Part shown: positions 13,075-25,695 of the stretch, in pieces
How positions within the stretch are numbered: the stretch's first letter is position 1
Layout: each line of letters starts with the position of its first letter
Source: Squalus acanthias
Lineage: Eukaryota
Length of the DNA stretch: 64,000 nucleotides
Direction of reading: 5' to 3'
Assembly (NCBI GenBank): GCA_030390025.1
Contig: JASTWF010000036.1
Coordinates: forward strand, 3,536,001-3,600,000
The notes under the pieces: generated by a model
Database searches by the model: none
What the model was told of the DNA's origin: nothing
The model's input: the letters and a program-made list of their open reading frames with translations, nothing else
Program-made: the position numbers and the translations under genes

Positions 13075-13311
13075 CACCATGGACCATCTAAAGCTGAGAG
13101 GACAATGGAGAATCTGCACCAAGTTCTGCTCCAATGCCGTTCTGAAAGCAGCTCAAAAGGAGATGAGTCCCCCTCTGATTTTCGTTCCTTCTCTCTTCTC
13201 AGTGCCTCTCTCCACGATGCAGCTGTTCACCTTTCAGAGCTGCAGGCAGTACCGAGGCAGCCTGGGGAGGTGCTTCAACAGCTCCTGGGTTGTAGGGAGG
13301 CCTGCAGTCTA
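13075..13311 (+). CDS. Candidate orphan exon (237 nt, phase 0-0, unidentified product)
   Basis: Strong acceptor ttctctgccttcctgatctcccag|, donor |gtaagt, and an open 79-codon frame HHGPSKAERTMENLHQVLLQCRSESSSKGDESPSDFRSFSLLSASLHDAAVHLSELQAVPRQPGEVLQQLLGCREACSL. No homology recognised and no partner exons found. Confidence 0.3.
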
Positions 13312-13485
13312 GTAAGTGCACAAAAGAAAAGTTGAATATAAAGCCTGATTGCATATGTGCAATAAAGAGAAGAAGTATAAAAGCAACTTGCTAAAATATG
13401 CATATTACGTTGCAGTGTAGTAGAAATGTACCAAAGCCTCGAAGCAGCCATGTTTGTTGTGGGCCGGGTATTTTGTAGAATCATA

Positions 13486-13790
13486 GGGGTCAATTTTGAG
13501 TGCCCTCGCCTGGCGTTAATGGGACGATAACGGCCTCAAAATGGGGTAGGTCGCCTTCCCGCCCTGTTAACACCGGCGATGCGGCCTGGCTCCATTTTGA
13601 AAGGGGCCTACCGCCAGGTGTCCAAAGCACCCGCCTGTTTCAGGCAATCGAGCCCTATTAATGTTGGAATCGGGGCCCTATGATGTAACCCGGACCCCGA
13701 TTGCCATTTTAGGTGGGAACTGGTTGGAACCTGCACAGTGTAGGTCCACGAGCGATGAAAGAGAAGAGGCACGACAAAGATAAGCTCCCC
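13486..13790. mobile_element. Truncated Harbinger-type MITE
   Basis: Begins ata-GGGGTCAATTTT like the other MITE ends, with a CpG-rich body. No right TIR found. Confidence 0.45.
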
Positions 13791-15349
13791 AGACCCCTGC
13801 ACAGTTTTCTGTTTTAACTATTTATCCAGTTCCCTTTGGAAAGTTACTGTTGAATTGGCATCATTACTGCAGGTTGATCGAAACAAAATGGCTGGAGTTG
13901 GGAAATGGAACCAGTAATTTAACGATATATTTCCTATAATTATGAGGGAATATTGCAATAAATCACTCGGGTGAGCCGATGCTACAGCTTTCACTGCGCC
14001 TGCAAGGGGTAGCGTGAGCTGAAATCATTTTTAAGGAATTCAGAGTGGATCAAAAAATAACATTCGAGCAAAATCTGGTCACACCTGACTTGCCTGGAGG
14101 TAGGAGTGAGGGAAAATCCGCCCATTAACCCAAAACCCTGCTATATAGTCAAATGTTTTAAAGTTAATAACTTTAATAAAGTTTATAAAGTTAAACACCC
14201 CTCCTCTAAGTGCAACTTAAGAAAGACATTAGTTGTTGCAATCAATGGATGGAGACACTGCATTATCGGCAAACGTTAAATTACCCCTCCACCCGTAAGT
14301 GTAAAATGGTCTCACTGCTGGTGTGCAACCCTGAGAATTAAAGGGGGAAAACAGAAACGACAAATCTTTAGATTTGAATTATTTTGAAGATGCAGGACAA
14401 TTATTCAGCTGGATTATCAGTCATTTGCCTCAGGAAATTGTTTATTTGTATGCGGGCATGTGTGTGGGTGTCTGTTTGACACAGAATCAGGAGAGCGCTG
14501 TGAAATGCATGATTAGAAAGTGATTCTGACACAAAGCACTGGGGTTTTTTAATTAAACAGGTATCACTAGAAGTGCTCAGCGCAAAATACATAGAGCCCT
14601 TGTACGAGGATCAAGATGATGTGTATTAAACCCGGGCCAAGTGACAGCTCGGTTTAGAAAGCCGTAAGTCATAATAATGCAATTAAAGCAGGCAATTTAA
14701 ACCCAATCAGTATTTCAGGGAGTAGCTCTGATATATAATGCAGAAAAATCCGCTCGACAAAGGGCAAAATGATTTTATAATAGAAGGTGAGTTCTACATC
14801 TCTGCCCTTTCCTTCACGTTGTGTGATGTTCCTGAATGACTAAACCCGACCCTCTCAATTGCTGCTGACTTTTTCTAACACCCCCCCTCCTCCTCCTGAA
14901 GGCACCGACTCCACGAGTGCTGGCTGTCCTCCAGTAACTCGCCCGAGGAACCGTTCGCCGTTTGCGCGAAGCGAGGCGGCAAATGTTGGTGGGCTATTCA
15001 ACCGCATGGGGCATCGCAGTCGAATGGGAACCTGCCCCTCCCCCAGTACACACGTGCGGCTGCTGGACAACGATCAGGAACGGGGACCCCAGTTGATCAG
15101 GAGAGGGGGGTGCCAGTTTCTCTCTCAGGCCCAGGGGGCGCTGAAGGCAATTGCTGGACAGTGCACTGGCTGAGACGAGCTAACGCAGCACGGACCAAGA
15201 ATCAAACCCGGGACCTTCCAGCCAGTGTGGCTCAATATCACGCTGGGAGTGCGTCCCTAGCCACTGCACCATTGCGGGAGCCTAGATTTATTCCATGTCC
15301 CTCCAGGTGAACAGTAATGGATAGCAGGTGCCTGCAATACAACTGCCCC

Positions 15350-16090
15350 AGACCTGAATTGATCTCGCTCTGTTCCCGCGGGAGTAAGGAGCAGGCGCGA
15401 TCTCTCACTCCGCGTTGGCTTTTTCAGATCCAGCTCGCACGAACTTGATGTTCCAGACATCAGCTGGGCAGTGCTTGCGTATCCCACCGGCGTAGTGAAT
15501 TCGTGCGAGCTGTGGGATCACGTGACTCAGTTAGAGCCAATGGCAGCACACCATCTTCCATTCATAAGTTTCACATACGTGCTGTGAAATCTATGAATCT
15601 TACACCCCCCCAAAATAACAGCTAAACCTCAATTAAATTTAAAAAAAACCATCACATTAATAAAATAAGTATAGTTAAATAAATTAACCATTTTAAATAA
15701 AAAATTAAATTTTTGAAAAAATTTAAAATCTTTTAAAAAGTTATAAAAATAAACTTACCTGTCTTTAAAGTCTCTAAAAAACATATACCTGTTAAAAAAA
15801 ATTCAAAAAAATACTTAATTCACTACTTACCTTGTTAAAAGTGGGTCTTACTCCTCCTTTTTCCATTTCTAAAATCTTCCGTACTTACCTGCGCGTCCAA
15901 AGCACTAAGTGCACAGCGTGCGCGCAGCCTGTAGCGCGCACGCGATGCACCGAGGAACCGCCCCCTTTTCAAAAGACCAAGTGCCGGTTTTCAGCGCATG
16001 CGCAGGGCATGCAGAAAACCGGCAATTGGAGAGAGAATACGCGAGAGTACGCAGTGTGTACTCTCGCGCAGCGGGATGAATTTTTGGCCC
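15350..16090 (-). mobile_element. Harbinger-type MITE, divergent relative of 31706-32470 in the opposite orientation
   Basis: Right end GAATTTTTGGCCC. Shared internal blocks (gcagtgcttgcgtatccca, gggatcacgtg, agagccaat, hairpin, AT-rich core with ACTTAC motifs). Confidence 0.75.
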
Positions 16091-16751
16091 ATTAACTCTG
16101 CTTCTCTCTCCACGGATGCTGCCTGGCCTGCTGAGTATTTCCAGCATCTTCTGTTTGTTATTGCCCTAACTTCCTTGTGTGTTCATATGATATTGAAAAG
16201 CGAGTTTCTTGGTGCCGTGATCTACGATGAAATGATTTTCCATTGTATTCCTGTCTCAGTACAATGGGAAATCCATCCAAGGCGTTTTAACTCACTCACT
16301 GAACCTTGCTGACTGTGTCTCAGTCCCCCTGTTGTATTTATTTGACTGGGTGTCCATTTCTGTCTGATTATGCGTCTCTAAAGCGCTTTGGGACGTTTTA
16401 CTATGTTGAAGGAGTTATGTAAATACAAGTCATGTGTTTGACTGGTACCGACTTGTACTTCAGCTTCTTGTGTTTGGCCATCCAGCTGTATATAGTGCAA
16501 TTTAGATCGTTTTTGTACTTTTAACTGGTTTCCTCCACCCCGCCCCGCACTGCCCTCACATGTTGTAACTATTACTAACTCAAAAATTCTTTAAGATCAA
16601 AGGTTGAAAAATAAATAAACAACCCAGCAGCTCCTGGACATTTTCTCCCCTTTGCTGGAACACTGAGACGGTGATTCCTTCAGAGAGTTTCCTCTTATTG
16701 ATATAATCACCCTGTGGAAACGGATTCTCGATGTGGAGGAGTCTGTGCAGA

Positions 16752-17170
16752 GAGAAAGAACTTGCATTTCTATAGCACCTTTCACGACCTCAGAAGTCCC
16801 AAATTGCTTTGCAGCCAATGAGGTGTAGTCACTGTTGCAATGTGGGAAAAAGGCGGCAGCCAATTTGCGCACAGCAAGCTCCCACAGGCATCAATGTGAT
16901 GATGACCAGATCATTTTTTTTTAGCTGTTGGTAGAGGGATAAACATTGGCCAGGACACCGGGGAGAACTCCCCTGCTCTTCTTCGAAATAGTGCCATGGG
17001 ATCTTTGACATCCACCTGAGAGAGCAGACGGGGCCTCGGTTTAATGTCTCATCTGAAAGACGGCACCTCCGACAGTGCGGCACTCCCTCAGCACTGCACT
17101 GGAGTATCAGCCTGGATTATGTGCTCAAGTCTCTGGAGTGGGACTTGAACCCACAACCTTCTGAACCCAC
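16752..17170 (-). mobile_element. DeuSINE
   Basis: Reverse complement of the 3232-3680 family. Confidence 0.85.
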
Positions 17171-18106
17171 TAACCCAGAATTCGTCTGCCTCCCTTGCCT
17201 AATCCAGCTTCAATAGTAAAGAAGAATCTATGAGTGGTTCCTGTTTACTCTTGTTAAAGTCCTGATAGGGGAATGTATTAAGCACAAAATTCCCCACCTT
17301 TGGACTTCCTGTGGCAAATATGCCGAAGCAGAGGTGGCATTAGAGCAGTGGAGTGTGGAAGTGAACTAAAACCAGACAAACCAATGCATTGGGACCGTGG
17401 AGGAGATGCGCCAGAATCTCAGAGAGACCCAAAATGTGCAGAAAACCCAAGTCTGGCAGTACTGTATTTTATGAAATGCATGGATGAAAATCTGAAGTTG
17501 AAAATCCTAAAGAACAATCATCTTCACTTCATGCTATTGCCCGCATGCTAGCTCGACACTAATACTGAGCAGGTCTTTGAAAGGCTGTGTGGAACGGGCA
17601 GGTTAAGAAGCAAGATTGGCATTATCTCGCACGTCCTACTCCATAGTAGTTACACATTACTGCATAAGATATTGGAAAAGAGGGAGTGTGAATATTCCTT
17701 TTGTACATGTTGAGTTGGGTACGGTAATATTTGCATAATTTGTCACTTAAAATGCAAAATAATTTAAAGCTTGCCATGACTATGATCCATGCTTTTATAT
17801 AAAAGGATTACAAGATTTTGTATTCTCATATGTCTGCTGTTGACCCATTGATCTCACAATTCCAAGTAATTAATCGCCTGTTCCAGGAATCAGAAGATAT
17901 GTGATAAGCTGTATCAATGCGCGTTGCCACAAACAGAACGTTTAACACAGGCTGCGATTTTATTTCCTGAAAGTAGAAAGCCGAGAGCCTGAACCGAAAC
18001 AATGGAGGCGGACACACTGTGCAACCGCATTCACCGGGTGTGGCAGGTTTCTGCTCATTACGTACCTCGTTAGTACTTAACCAGTGGATCAGAAGTGTGA
18101 CTGCAA

Positions 18107-18563
18107 AAGAAAGACTTGCATTTCTATAGCGCCTTTCACAACCACCAGATGTCTCAAAGCGCTTTACAGCTTTTATGAAGTGTGGTCACTGTTGTAATCA
18201 CAGCAGCCAATTTGCACACAGCAAGCTCCCACAAACAGCAATGTGATAATGACCAGATAATCTGTTTTTTTTATGTTGGTTGAGGGATAAATATTGGCCC
18301 CAGGACACCGGGGAGAACTCCCCTGCTCTTCTTTGAAGTAGTGCCATGGGATCTTTTACATCCACCTGAGAGAGCAGACAGGGCCTCGGTTTAACGTCTC
18401 ATCCGAAAGACGGCACCTCCGACAGTGCAGCACACTCTCAGCACTGCACTGGAAGGTTCGCCTAGCTTTATGTGCTCAAGTCATTGGAGTGGGACTTGAA
18501 CCCACAACCTTCTGACTCAGTGTCAGAGGCGAGAGTGCTGCCCACTGAGCCACAGCTGACACT
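18107..18563 (-). mobile_element. DeuSINE, full length
   Basis: Head, Deu-domain and tail present. Confidence 0.85.
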
Positions 18564-18737
18564 GCAGGCCTGTTCTCATTTGCTCTGTTGTCTGCATAAT
18601 CCGATGACATCCTGTGAGTTTGTTAGGACATCCAGAATTAAAAAGTAACAATTCCTTTAATGCACAAAGCAGAATTTAATGTCTGTGTTTGCGTGTTGGT
18701 GTGTGTGCATATATGTGTGTGTGTGTACATAGTATTG

Positions 18738-19950
18738 AGAGGTCGCACAACACCAGGTTATAGTCCAACAGTTTTATTTGAAATCACAAGCTTTCGGAGC
18801 TATCGATTGCCCCTTCCTCAGGTGAAGTAAATAGATACAGAATCGCCAAAGCATATATAGATAGAGAACAAAGCATGTGTACCTTACAATTGCAGACAAC
18901 TAAATTAAATCATCCTGACTATCTGCCGAGGTGTGATAAAGTTAATCAGGTCAGCCAGGAAGGTACCACATCAAAGACATAGCACGATACAACTGAGACA
19001 ATGAGGTGGAGTCGCAGGGGGTCTAACGTGTCAAAAGCTGCTGTCTGTATGTAAAACGAAAAGCTTTAAAATTTTTACTTTTTTACTGGGAAAATTTTTA
19101 CTTTTTTACTGGGAATCACATCTGTGAACAAGCCAACGACGACTCGAGTCCGGATCACGTCATGTATCGTGACATAAACCCAAGATCCCGGTTGAGACCG
19201 TCTTCATGAGTGCGGAACTTGGCTATCAGTTTCTGCTCGATGATTTTGCGTTGTCGTGTGTTTCTAAGGTTGCCTTGGAGAACGCTTACCCGCAGATCCG
19301 AGGCTGAATGTCCTTGACTGCTGAAGTGTTCCCCGACTGGGAGGTAACAATCCTGCCTGGCGATTGTTGCGCGGTGCTCGTTCATACGTTGTCTCAGTGT
19401 CTGCATGGTCTCGCTGATGTACCATGCCACGGTGCATTCTTTCCTGCAACGTATGAGGTAGACAACGTTGGCCGAGTCACATGAGTATGTACCATGTACC
19501 TGGTGGGTAGTGTCCTCACGTGTGATGGTGGTATCTGTGTTGATGATCTGGCATGTCTTGCAGAGTTTGCCGTGGCAGGGTTGTGTGGTGTCGTGGTCGC
19601 TGTTATCCTGAAAGCTGGGTAATTTGCTGCGAACGATGGTACTTCTGAGGTTAGGCGGCTGTTTGAAGGCAAGTAGTGGAGGCGTGGGGATGGCCTTAGC
19701 GAGGTGTTTGTCGTCATCGATGACATGTTGAAGGCTGCGAAGAACATGGCGTAGTTTCTCCGCTCCGGGGAAGTACTGGACGACGTAGGGTACCCTGTTG
19801 GTTGTGTCCCGTGTTTGCCTTCTGAGGAGGTCTATGCGATTTTTCGCTGTGGCCCGTCGGAACTGTCGATCGATGAGTCGAGCGTCATATCCCGTTCTTA
19901 CGAGGGCGTTTTTCAGCGTCCGTAGGTGTCCATCGCGTTCCTCCTCGTAG
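18738..19950 (-). mobile_element. Penelope-like (Neptune-type) element, family 2: RT thumb, Cys-rich linker, GIY-YIG endonuclease, 3' pLTR
   Basis: ORF ending at 19155 contains PLLAFKQPPNLR..IVRS, PCHGKLCKTC, NVVYLIRCRKEC..WYISET..LRQRMNEHR, VGEHF and GLNRD. Downstream are a hammerhead motif and AATAAA. Confidence 0.9.
18784..18825 (-). ncRNA. Minimal hammerhead ribozyme motif
   Basis: Minus strand reads TCAC-CTGAGGA-A-GGGGC-AATCGATA-GCTCC-GAAA-GCTT-GTGA: stem I TCAC/GTGA, palindromic stem III AGCT. Confidence 0.7.
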
Positions 19951-20570
19951 ACTGTACAGCACAGAAACAGGCCATTTGGCCCAACTGGTCCATGCCGGTG
20001 TTTATGCTCCACACGAGCCTCCTCCCACCCCTCTTCATCTCACCCCATCACCATATCCTTCTATTCCTTTCTCTCTCATGTGTTTATCCAGCTTTCCCTT
20101 AAATGCATCTACGCTATTCACCTCAACCACTCCCTGTGGTAGCGAGTTCCACATTCTCACCACTCTCTGGGTAAAGAAGTTTCTCCTGAATTCCCGATTG
20201 GATTTATTAGTGACTATCTTATATTGATGGCCCCTAGTTCTGGGCTCCCCCACTAGTGGAAACATCTTCTCTACGTCCACCCTATCGAACCCTTTCATAA
20301 TTTTAAAGACCTCTATCAGGTCACCCCTCAGCCTTCTCTTTTCCAGAGAAAAGAGCCCCCGCCTGTTCAATCTTTCCTGATAGTTATAACCTCTCAGTTC
20401 TGGTATCATCCTTGTCAATCTTTCTTGCACCTTCTCCAGTGCCTCTATATCCTTTTTTTAATATGGAGACCAGAACTGTGCACAGTGCTCCAAGTGTGGT
20501 CGAACCAAGGTTCGATACAAGTTTAACATAACTTCTCTGCTTTTCAATTCTATCCCTCTAGAAATGAACT
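19950..20570 (-). mobile_element. CR1 LINE 3' fragment
   Basis: ORF 20035-20430 RRLRGDLIEVFKIM..FFTQRVVRMWNSLP. Confidence 0.9.
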
Positions 20571-21642
20571 ACGTGTGCATGTGTGCGTGCTTCCTATTCA
20601 TGAATTTTTCAATCTGCCTCAGGCAACTCCTCAGTGCCATTTTAGCCAAGTAAATCAAAGCATTAAGACAGATGCAGTTCTCTGTCGCCTTGCTCTGAGA
20701 ATGTTGTGCAGGTGGATTTATCCGAAGTTGCCTGTGTCGTACACCATTTGTTTTGTTTTGTGAATCTGTTTTATTCGATTTTATGCATCATTAGGCATTG
20801 GGTGGACAATCATTGTGTCCTCAGTTCCTATAAGCGCTGACAGATTCAATACCTGCGGTCACTGGAACCCTTCAACCAAGGAGTGGGCACATTTTCCATT
20901 AAAACATTTGAAAAAAATAAAAATGTGTTAAACATCAAGCCACACGGTTGTTGTGGCAACAACTTGCCTCGGTATAGTAAGGATCATGCCAATACCCTTA
21001 CTGATTTCTAAAGGAAGAGAGATTAGCCAAGGATCTCGGCCTCCCTTATCCATGAATTGGGTGCAGCGTACCTCCCCGTTTCACTGTTGAGCACCCAGGA
21101 AATACCGTGGCAATCTCCACATGGTCGTCACTTATCCACTTCCGAAGGATGAGAGGGAGGATGAACTGCTGGAATTTAAAGCCAAGACATGCTGACCCCA
21201 AGCCCAGTCCTCAACAAACTCAGCTATTCAACCTTGCTCAAGTGCAAGGGGCAATCTGTCTCACTTGCTTTCTTTCCCCTTCTAAAAATCCTTCCAGGGT
21301 TAGATCATATCTTCACCTGACACAATATTCTGTTCATCTATCCCATAATGTGAGGCCTTAGTTTTGTTTTCTCACCAGCAGTCTACATGTCATTTGGATA
21401 TGGGACTCTCTCGTTCCAGATCTTCCTACTGGTGTCTTTCTTGGATTTCCACCTTCCGTCACAATCCTCTATCAAATGACTATAAATCTGCATTGAAGCT
21501 ACCTTGACCCCTTTGTCTAACGCCTGTTTCTTTCCATGCAATTCACAAGATAGACACAGATGAGGGAAGCCATTCAGCCCATTTTAGCTTGTGGCTCTTC
21601 TCTGCACTGCCGCTGGGCCTGAATGTCTCCCCGTGAATTAGT

Positions 21643-21773
21643 GACCAGAACTGGACACAGTGCTCAATGTGGGTCTGACCAGCACTGGACACAGTGCTTA
21701 AGGTGGCTCTGACCAGAACTGGACACAGTGCTCAAGGTGGGTCTGACCAGAACTGGACACAGTGCTCAAGGTG
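21643..21773 (+). repeat. 34-bp minisatellite x~3.9 inside an old CR1 fragment
   Basis: Unit GACCAGAACTGGACACAGTGCTCAAGGTGGGTCT starting at 21643, 21677, 21711 and 21745. Confidence 0.9.
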
Positions 21774-22043
21774 CAGTGTGACTGTTTGAATATGGCTTCC
21801 TCGGACTTATCCTGTATGGTTTTGGCTATATAGTTCAGCATTCTTTTTATCTTTCTGAATGCTGCTCTGCAAGGCTGGACATGTCGAGTGTTGAGTCTAC
21901 TAAAACCCCTGGATTTCTTTCGACGTCATCCATAGCTATTTCAACACCTTTTGCAGAGTGTGTGTGTCACTCATTTTTCTTTGTACATGCAAGAAATTTC
22001 GTCTGCCACTTCCATACTTTGTCTAATTGATTCTCTGAGTCTT

Positions 22044-22512
22044 TGTCAGCTGTGGCTCAGTGGGTAGCACACTCGCCTCTGAGTCAGAAGGTTGTGGGTT
22101 CAAGTCCCACTCCAGAGACTTGAACACATAATCCAGGCTGACACTCCAGTGCAGTGCTGAGGGAGTGCTGCACTGTCGGAGGTGCCATCTTTCGGATGAG
22201 ACGTTAAACTGAGGCCCCGTCTGCTCTCTCAGGTGGACGTAAAAGATCCCATGGCACTATTTTGAAGAAGAGCAGGGGAGTTCTCCCTGGTGTCCTGGGC
22301 AATATTTATCCCTCAATCCACATAACAAAAACAGCTGAGCTGGTCATTATCACATTGCTGTTTGTGGGAGCTTGCTGTGCGCAAATTGGCTGCCACGTTT
22401 CCTACATTACAACAGTGACTACACTTCAATAATACTTCATTGGCTGTAAAGCACTTTGAGACGTCCGGTGGTTGTGAAAGGCGCTATAGAAATGCAAGTC
22501 TTTCTTTTCTTT
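22044..22512 (+). mobile_element. DeuSINE, full length
   Basis: Head, Deu-domain and tail present. Confidence 0.9.
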
Positions 22513-23189
22513 TAGCTATCTCCTCATTTGGTATTGTCCGTAAATTTGGCCAGTTTGCACTGAGCTTCTGAATCCAACCGGCTAACATCAATTCGAATCG
22601 ATAGATTTGATTTGACGACAAGTTTGTCATCTGCAGTAATTAGCATTTCTGCCAACATCTACTGGTACAATTTCTGCCCTTTCCTGTCTTTTCTCAGCTG
22701 CTGACAGATTGCTGTGTATTTCAGATTCTTCATTAACAATTTCCAGCATTGTCCCTTTGTTCATTATTCCTACCACTACTTTGACGTAAGTGGGTCAGGG
22801 AGCGCCAACGCTTCAAGACTTCCTCTCCTAAAGCCCTCTGGTGGCTGGGGATCCCGCTCCTGATCGCTACCCGGTGACTTCTGGACATTGGCGTTGGACA
22901 GATTGGGGCTCGTGTGTGACTCTCCTCCCCATATATCCTGCCAACACTCACTGTCCATGGGACCAGGGGCAAGGTGACTGGTGCCCTCAGGAAGGGTATT
23001 CCAACAATGATTCGACACCTTCAGGAGAGGAGGGAAAGGGGGAGAAACCTGAAGGGAAAAAATAAAAGAAATATTGCAACCGGTTCTAGTGACAAAAAAC
23101 CAAAGCCCAAATCTAAATTTGAAGAAATCCCAGTTCAGTAATGTCTGAAATATAACTATCACCAGAGAAAGAAATTTCACTGGACGCGT

Positions 23190-23480
23190 CAATTGAAAAT
23201 GTCAAAACTGAGATTGGTAGATTTCTGTTAGGTTTAGGGTAGTAAGGGTTACAGGACCAAGGCTGGTAGATGGAGTTAAGATACAGATCAGCCATGATCG
23301 AATTGAAAGGCGGAACAGGCTCGAGGGGCTGAATGGCCTCCTCCTGTTCCTATGGGAGAAGGGAACAGAGGGATAAGGGGGCAGGGCGGGAAGATGCAAT
23401 TCGAGTGGGAGGAGGCTTGTGTGGAGTACGAACACCGGCAGAGACCAGTTAGTCCGAATGGCCTGTTTCTGTGCTGTAGA
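23190..23480 (+). mobile_element. Two adjacent CR1 3' end fragments
   Basis: Two CR1 terminal motifs (gaatggcctcctcctgttcct; gaatggcctgtttctgtgctgta). Confidence 0.7.
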
Positions 23481-24057
23481 CGCGCCACTAAAAGGGTCAT
23501 TTAACCCACTTTCTTCCCCCACCCCCCGCCACCCAAAAAAAGGGATTTAACATACATTCCTTCAGGAAAAGAACTAAGTGACAGCGCCCTCCCCTAATTT
23601 GTTGAGCAATGTCTATGTGTAATCACAGCTTTGGTCTGCATCATACAGCCACGAGCCACCCACACCATTGTGACTCAGGGTCACGCCCTTCCCAGTTTGG
23701 TATCATTCTGTTTTTTTGACTGGGATGTTCAGAAATTTGTGAAATGTAGATCTGGGCAGCAACTGTCTGGCTTTTAAGATAGTAGCCTTTATTTGTTTGC
23801 CCCACCACCCTCCCCTACCCCGCCACACATGCCCCCGCCAACCCCACCAGACCTTACTTGGTAATGGCCGGGGGTGGCGGAGTCATGAGAGCCAAAAGCT
23901 CCCAAGTTCAATTGGCCATCTCTGCTGAATAACTGACCTCAGCCAAGGCAGTAGTTGGACAACCATGATTGATCTCAGCGCCTCTGGATCAGTGAGGAGT
24001 GTCTGCTCCTGATTCCTATCCGGTGACTCCTGTAGGAAAGGGTGTCGGGTGAGGACG

Positions 24058-24668
24058 CCAACAACAACAGCTTGCATTTATTTGGCACCTTTAACGTAGT
24101 AAAACGTGCCAAGGCGCTTTATCGGAAAATTTGACACCGAGCCACATAAGGAGATATTAGGACAGGTGACCAAAAGCTTGGTCAAAGAGGTAGGTTTTAA
24201 GGAGCATCTTAAAGGAGGAGAGGGAGGTAGAGAGGCGGAGAGGTTTAGGGAGGGAATTTCATAGCGTAGGGCCTAGGTAGCTGAAGGCACGGCCGCCAAT
24301 GGTGAGGCAAAGGGAGTGAGGTATGCACAAGAAGCCAGAGTTGGAGGAGCACCGAACTCTCGGAGGGTTGTCGGGCTTGAGCATCCCTGCTTAAAATCAC
24401 TCAACCATTGGTGGCCGTGCCTTCTGTTGCCTAGGCCCCAAAGCTCTGGAATTCCCTCCCTAAACCTCTCCGCCTCTCTCCCTCTCTTTCCTCCTTTAAG
24501 ACGCTCCTTAAAACCTACCTCTTTGACCAAGCTTTTGGTCACCTGCCCTAATTTCTCCTTATGTGGCTCGGTGTCAAATTTTTTGTCTTATAACACTCCT
24601 GTGAAGCACCTTGGGATGTTTTACTACGTTAAAGGCGCTATATAAATACAAGTTGTTGTTGTTGTTGG
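24058..24668. mobile_element. Two L2 3' ends joined head-to-head
   Basis: 24058-24376 is minus-sense with a (CAA)n end and 24377-24668 is plus-sense with a (GTT)n end. The flanking SINE-like sequence resumes on both sides. Confidence 0.85.
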
Positions 24669-25044
24669 AGGTTAGGCTCAGTTGTGATGCCTCACAAGAT
24701 CAAACAGCCTGCCAACACTCGCTGTCCAGGCTCACACATGAGGAATGCTACTTAAGTGTTGTGCCAAAGGGCAACGGGCACCCACGGACCTGTACCCCAG
24801 CAAGAGTTGGCACTTCCGGGGGTGGGTAGGAGGGAGAAAATTGCCATTTTCTCCTCTTCACTGCTGTGAACTGTGATGGGCACACGTTTCAGTTATTACA
24901 GGTTTCCTGTCAATTTTCAGCAGCAGCAAAGCAAATCTGAGAACTCAAGCCCTGATCCCTCCACCCCCTGCCCTGTAATGATCCGGCCCTCTGTCTGGTT
25001 TTGGGTTCGGCAAAAGGTGAGAACTGTGCTGGAATGAGGTACAG

Positions 25045-25475
25045 TAAAAAGACTTGCATTTCTATAGCGCCTTTCATGACCTCAGGACGTTCCAAAGCGC
25101 ATGAAGTACTTTTGAAGTGTAGTCACTGTTGTAATGTGGGAAACGCGGCAGCCGACTTGCGCACAGCAAGATCCCACAAACAGCAATGAGATAATGGCCA
25201 TTTAATGTATTTTAGTGATAAATATTGGCCCAGGACACCGGGGAGAACTCCCCTGCTCTTCTTCGAAATAGTGCCGTGGGATCTTTTACATCCACCTGAG
25301 AGAGCAGACGGGGCCTCGGTTTAACGTCTCATCTGAAAGACGGCACCTCCGACAGTGCAGCGCTCCCTGGAGCGTCAGTCTGGATTTGATGCTCAAATCT
25401 CTGGAGTGGGACTTGAACCCACAACCATCCGTGAACTCAGAGGTGAGTGTGCTACCCACTGAGCCACAGCTGACA
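25045..25475 (-). mobile_element. DeuSINE
   Basis: Family match. Confidence 0.85.
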
Positions 25476-25695
25476 TCAAGTTGTCTCTCAAACAACTCTC
25501 ACGTCCCAGACATTTCTCTTCAGTATTCAGGAGCAGACCGCACATCTGCAGTAAGACTAAACAGAACATAAATAAATGCCACTTCTCATAAACATATTAA
25601 TGATTCATTTCCTCTGCACTGCCTCTTGGTCTCTCCACTGCAATGTTTACCGAATCTGAACCAAACCAGAAAGCGCTCAGCAGATCAGGCAGTGT

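Noticed and set aside
19068..19113. 23-bp direct repeat x2
   Set aside because: An ordinary local tandem duplication within a Penelope 3' UTR.
19155..20012. 285-aa ORF as a host gene
   Set aside because: The N-terminal ~20 aa come from an adjacent CR1 3' UTR. The rest is a 5'-truncated Penelope ORF with a degenerate YIG motif (YIS).
21643..21773. Repeated CACAGTG as RAG recombination signal heptamers
   Set aside because: No ACAAAAACC nonamer at 12 or 23 spacing and no V/J segments. The motif is CR1-derived.
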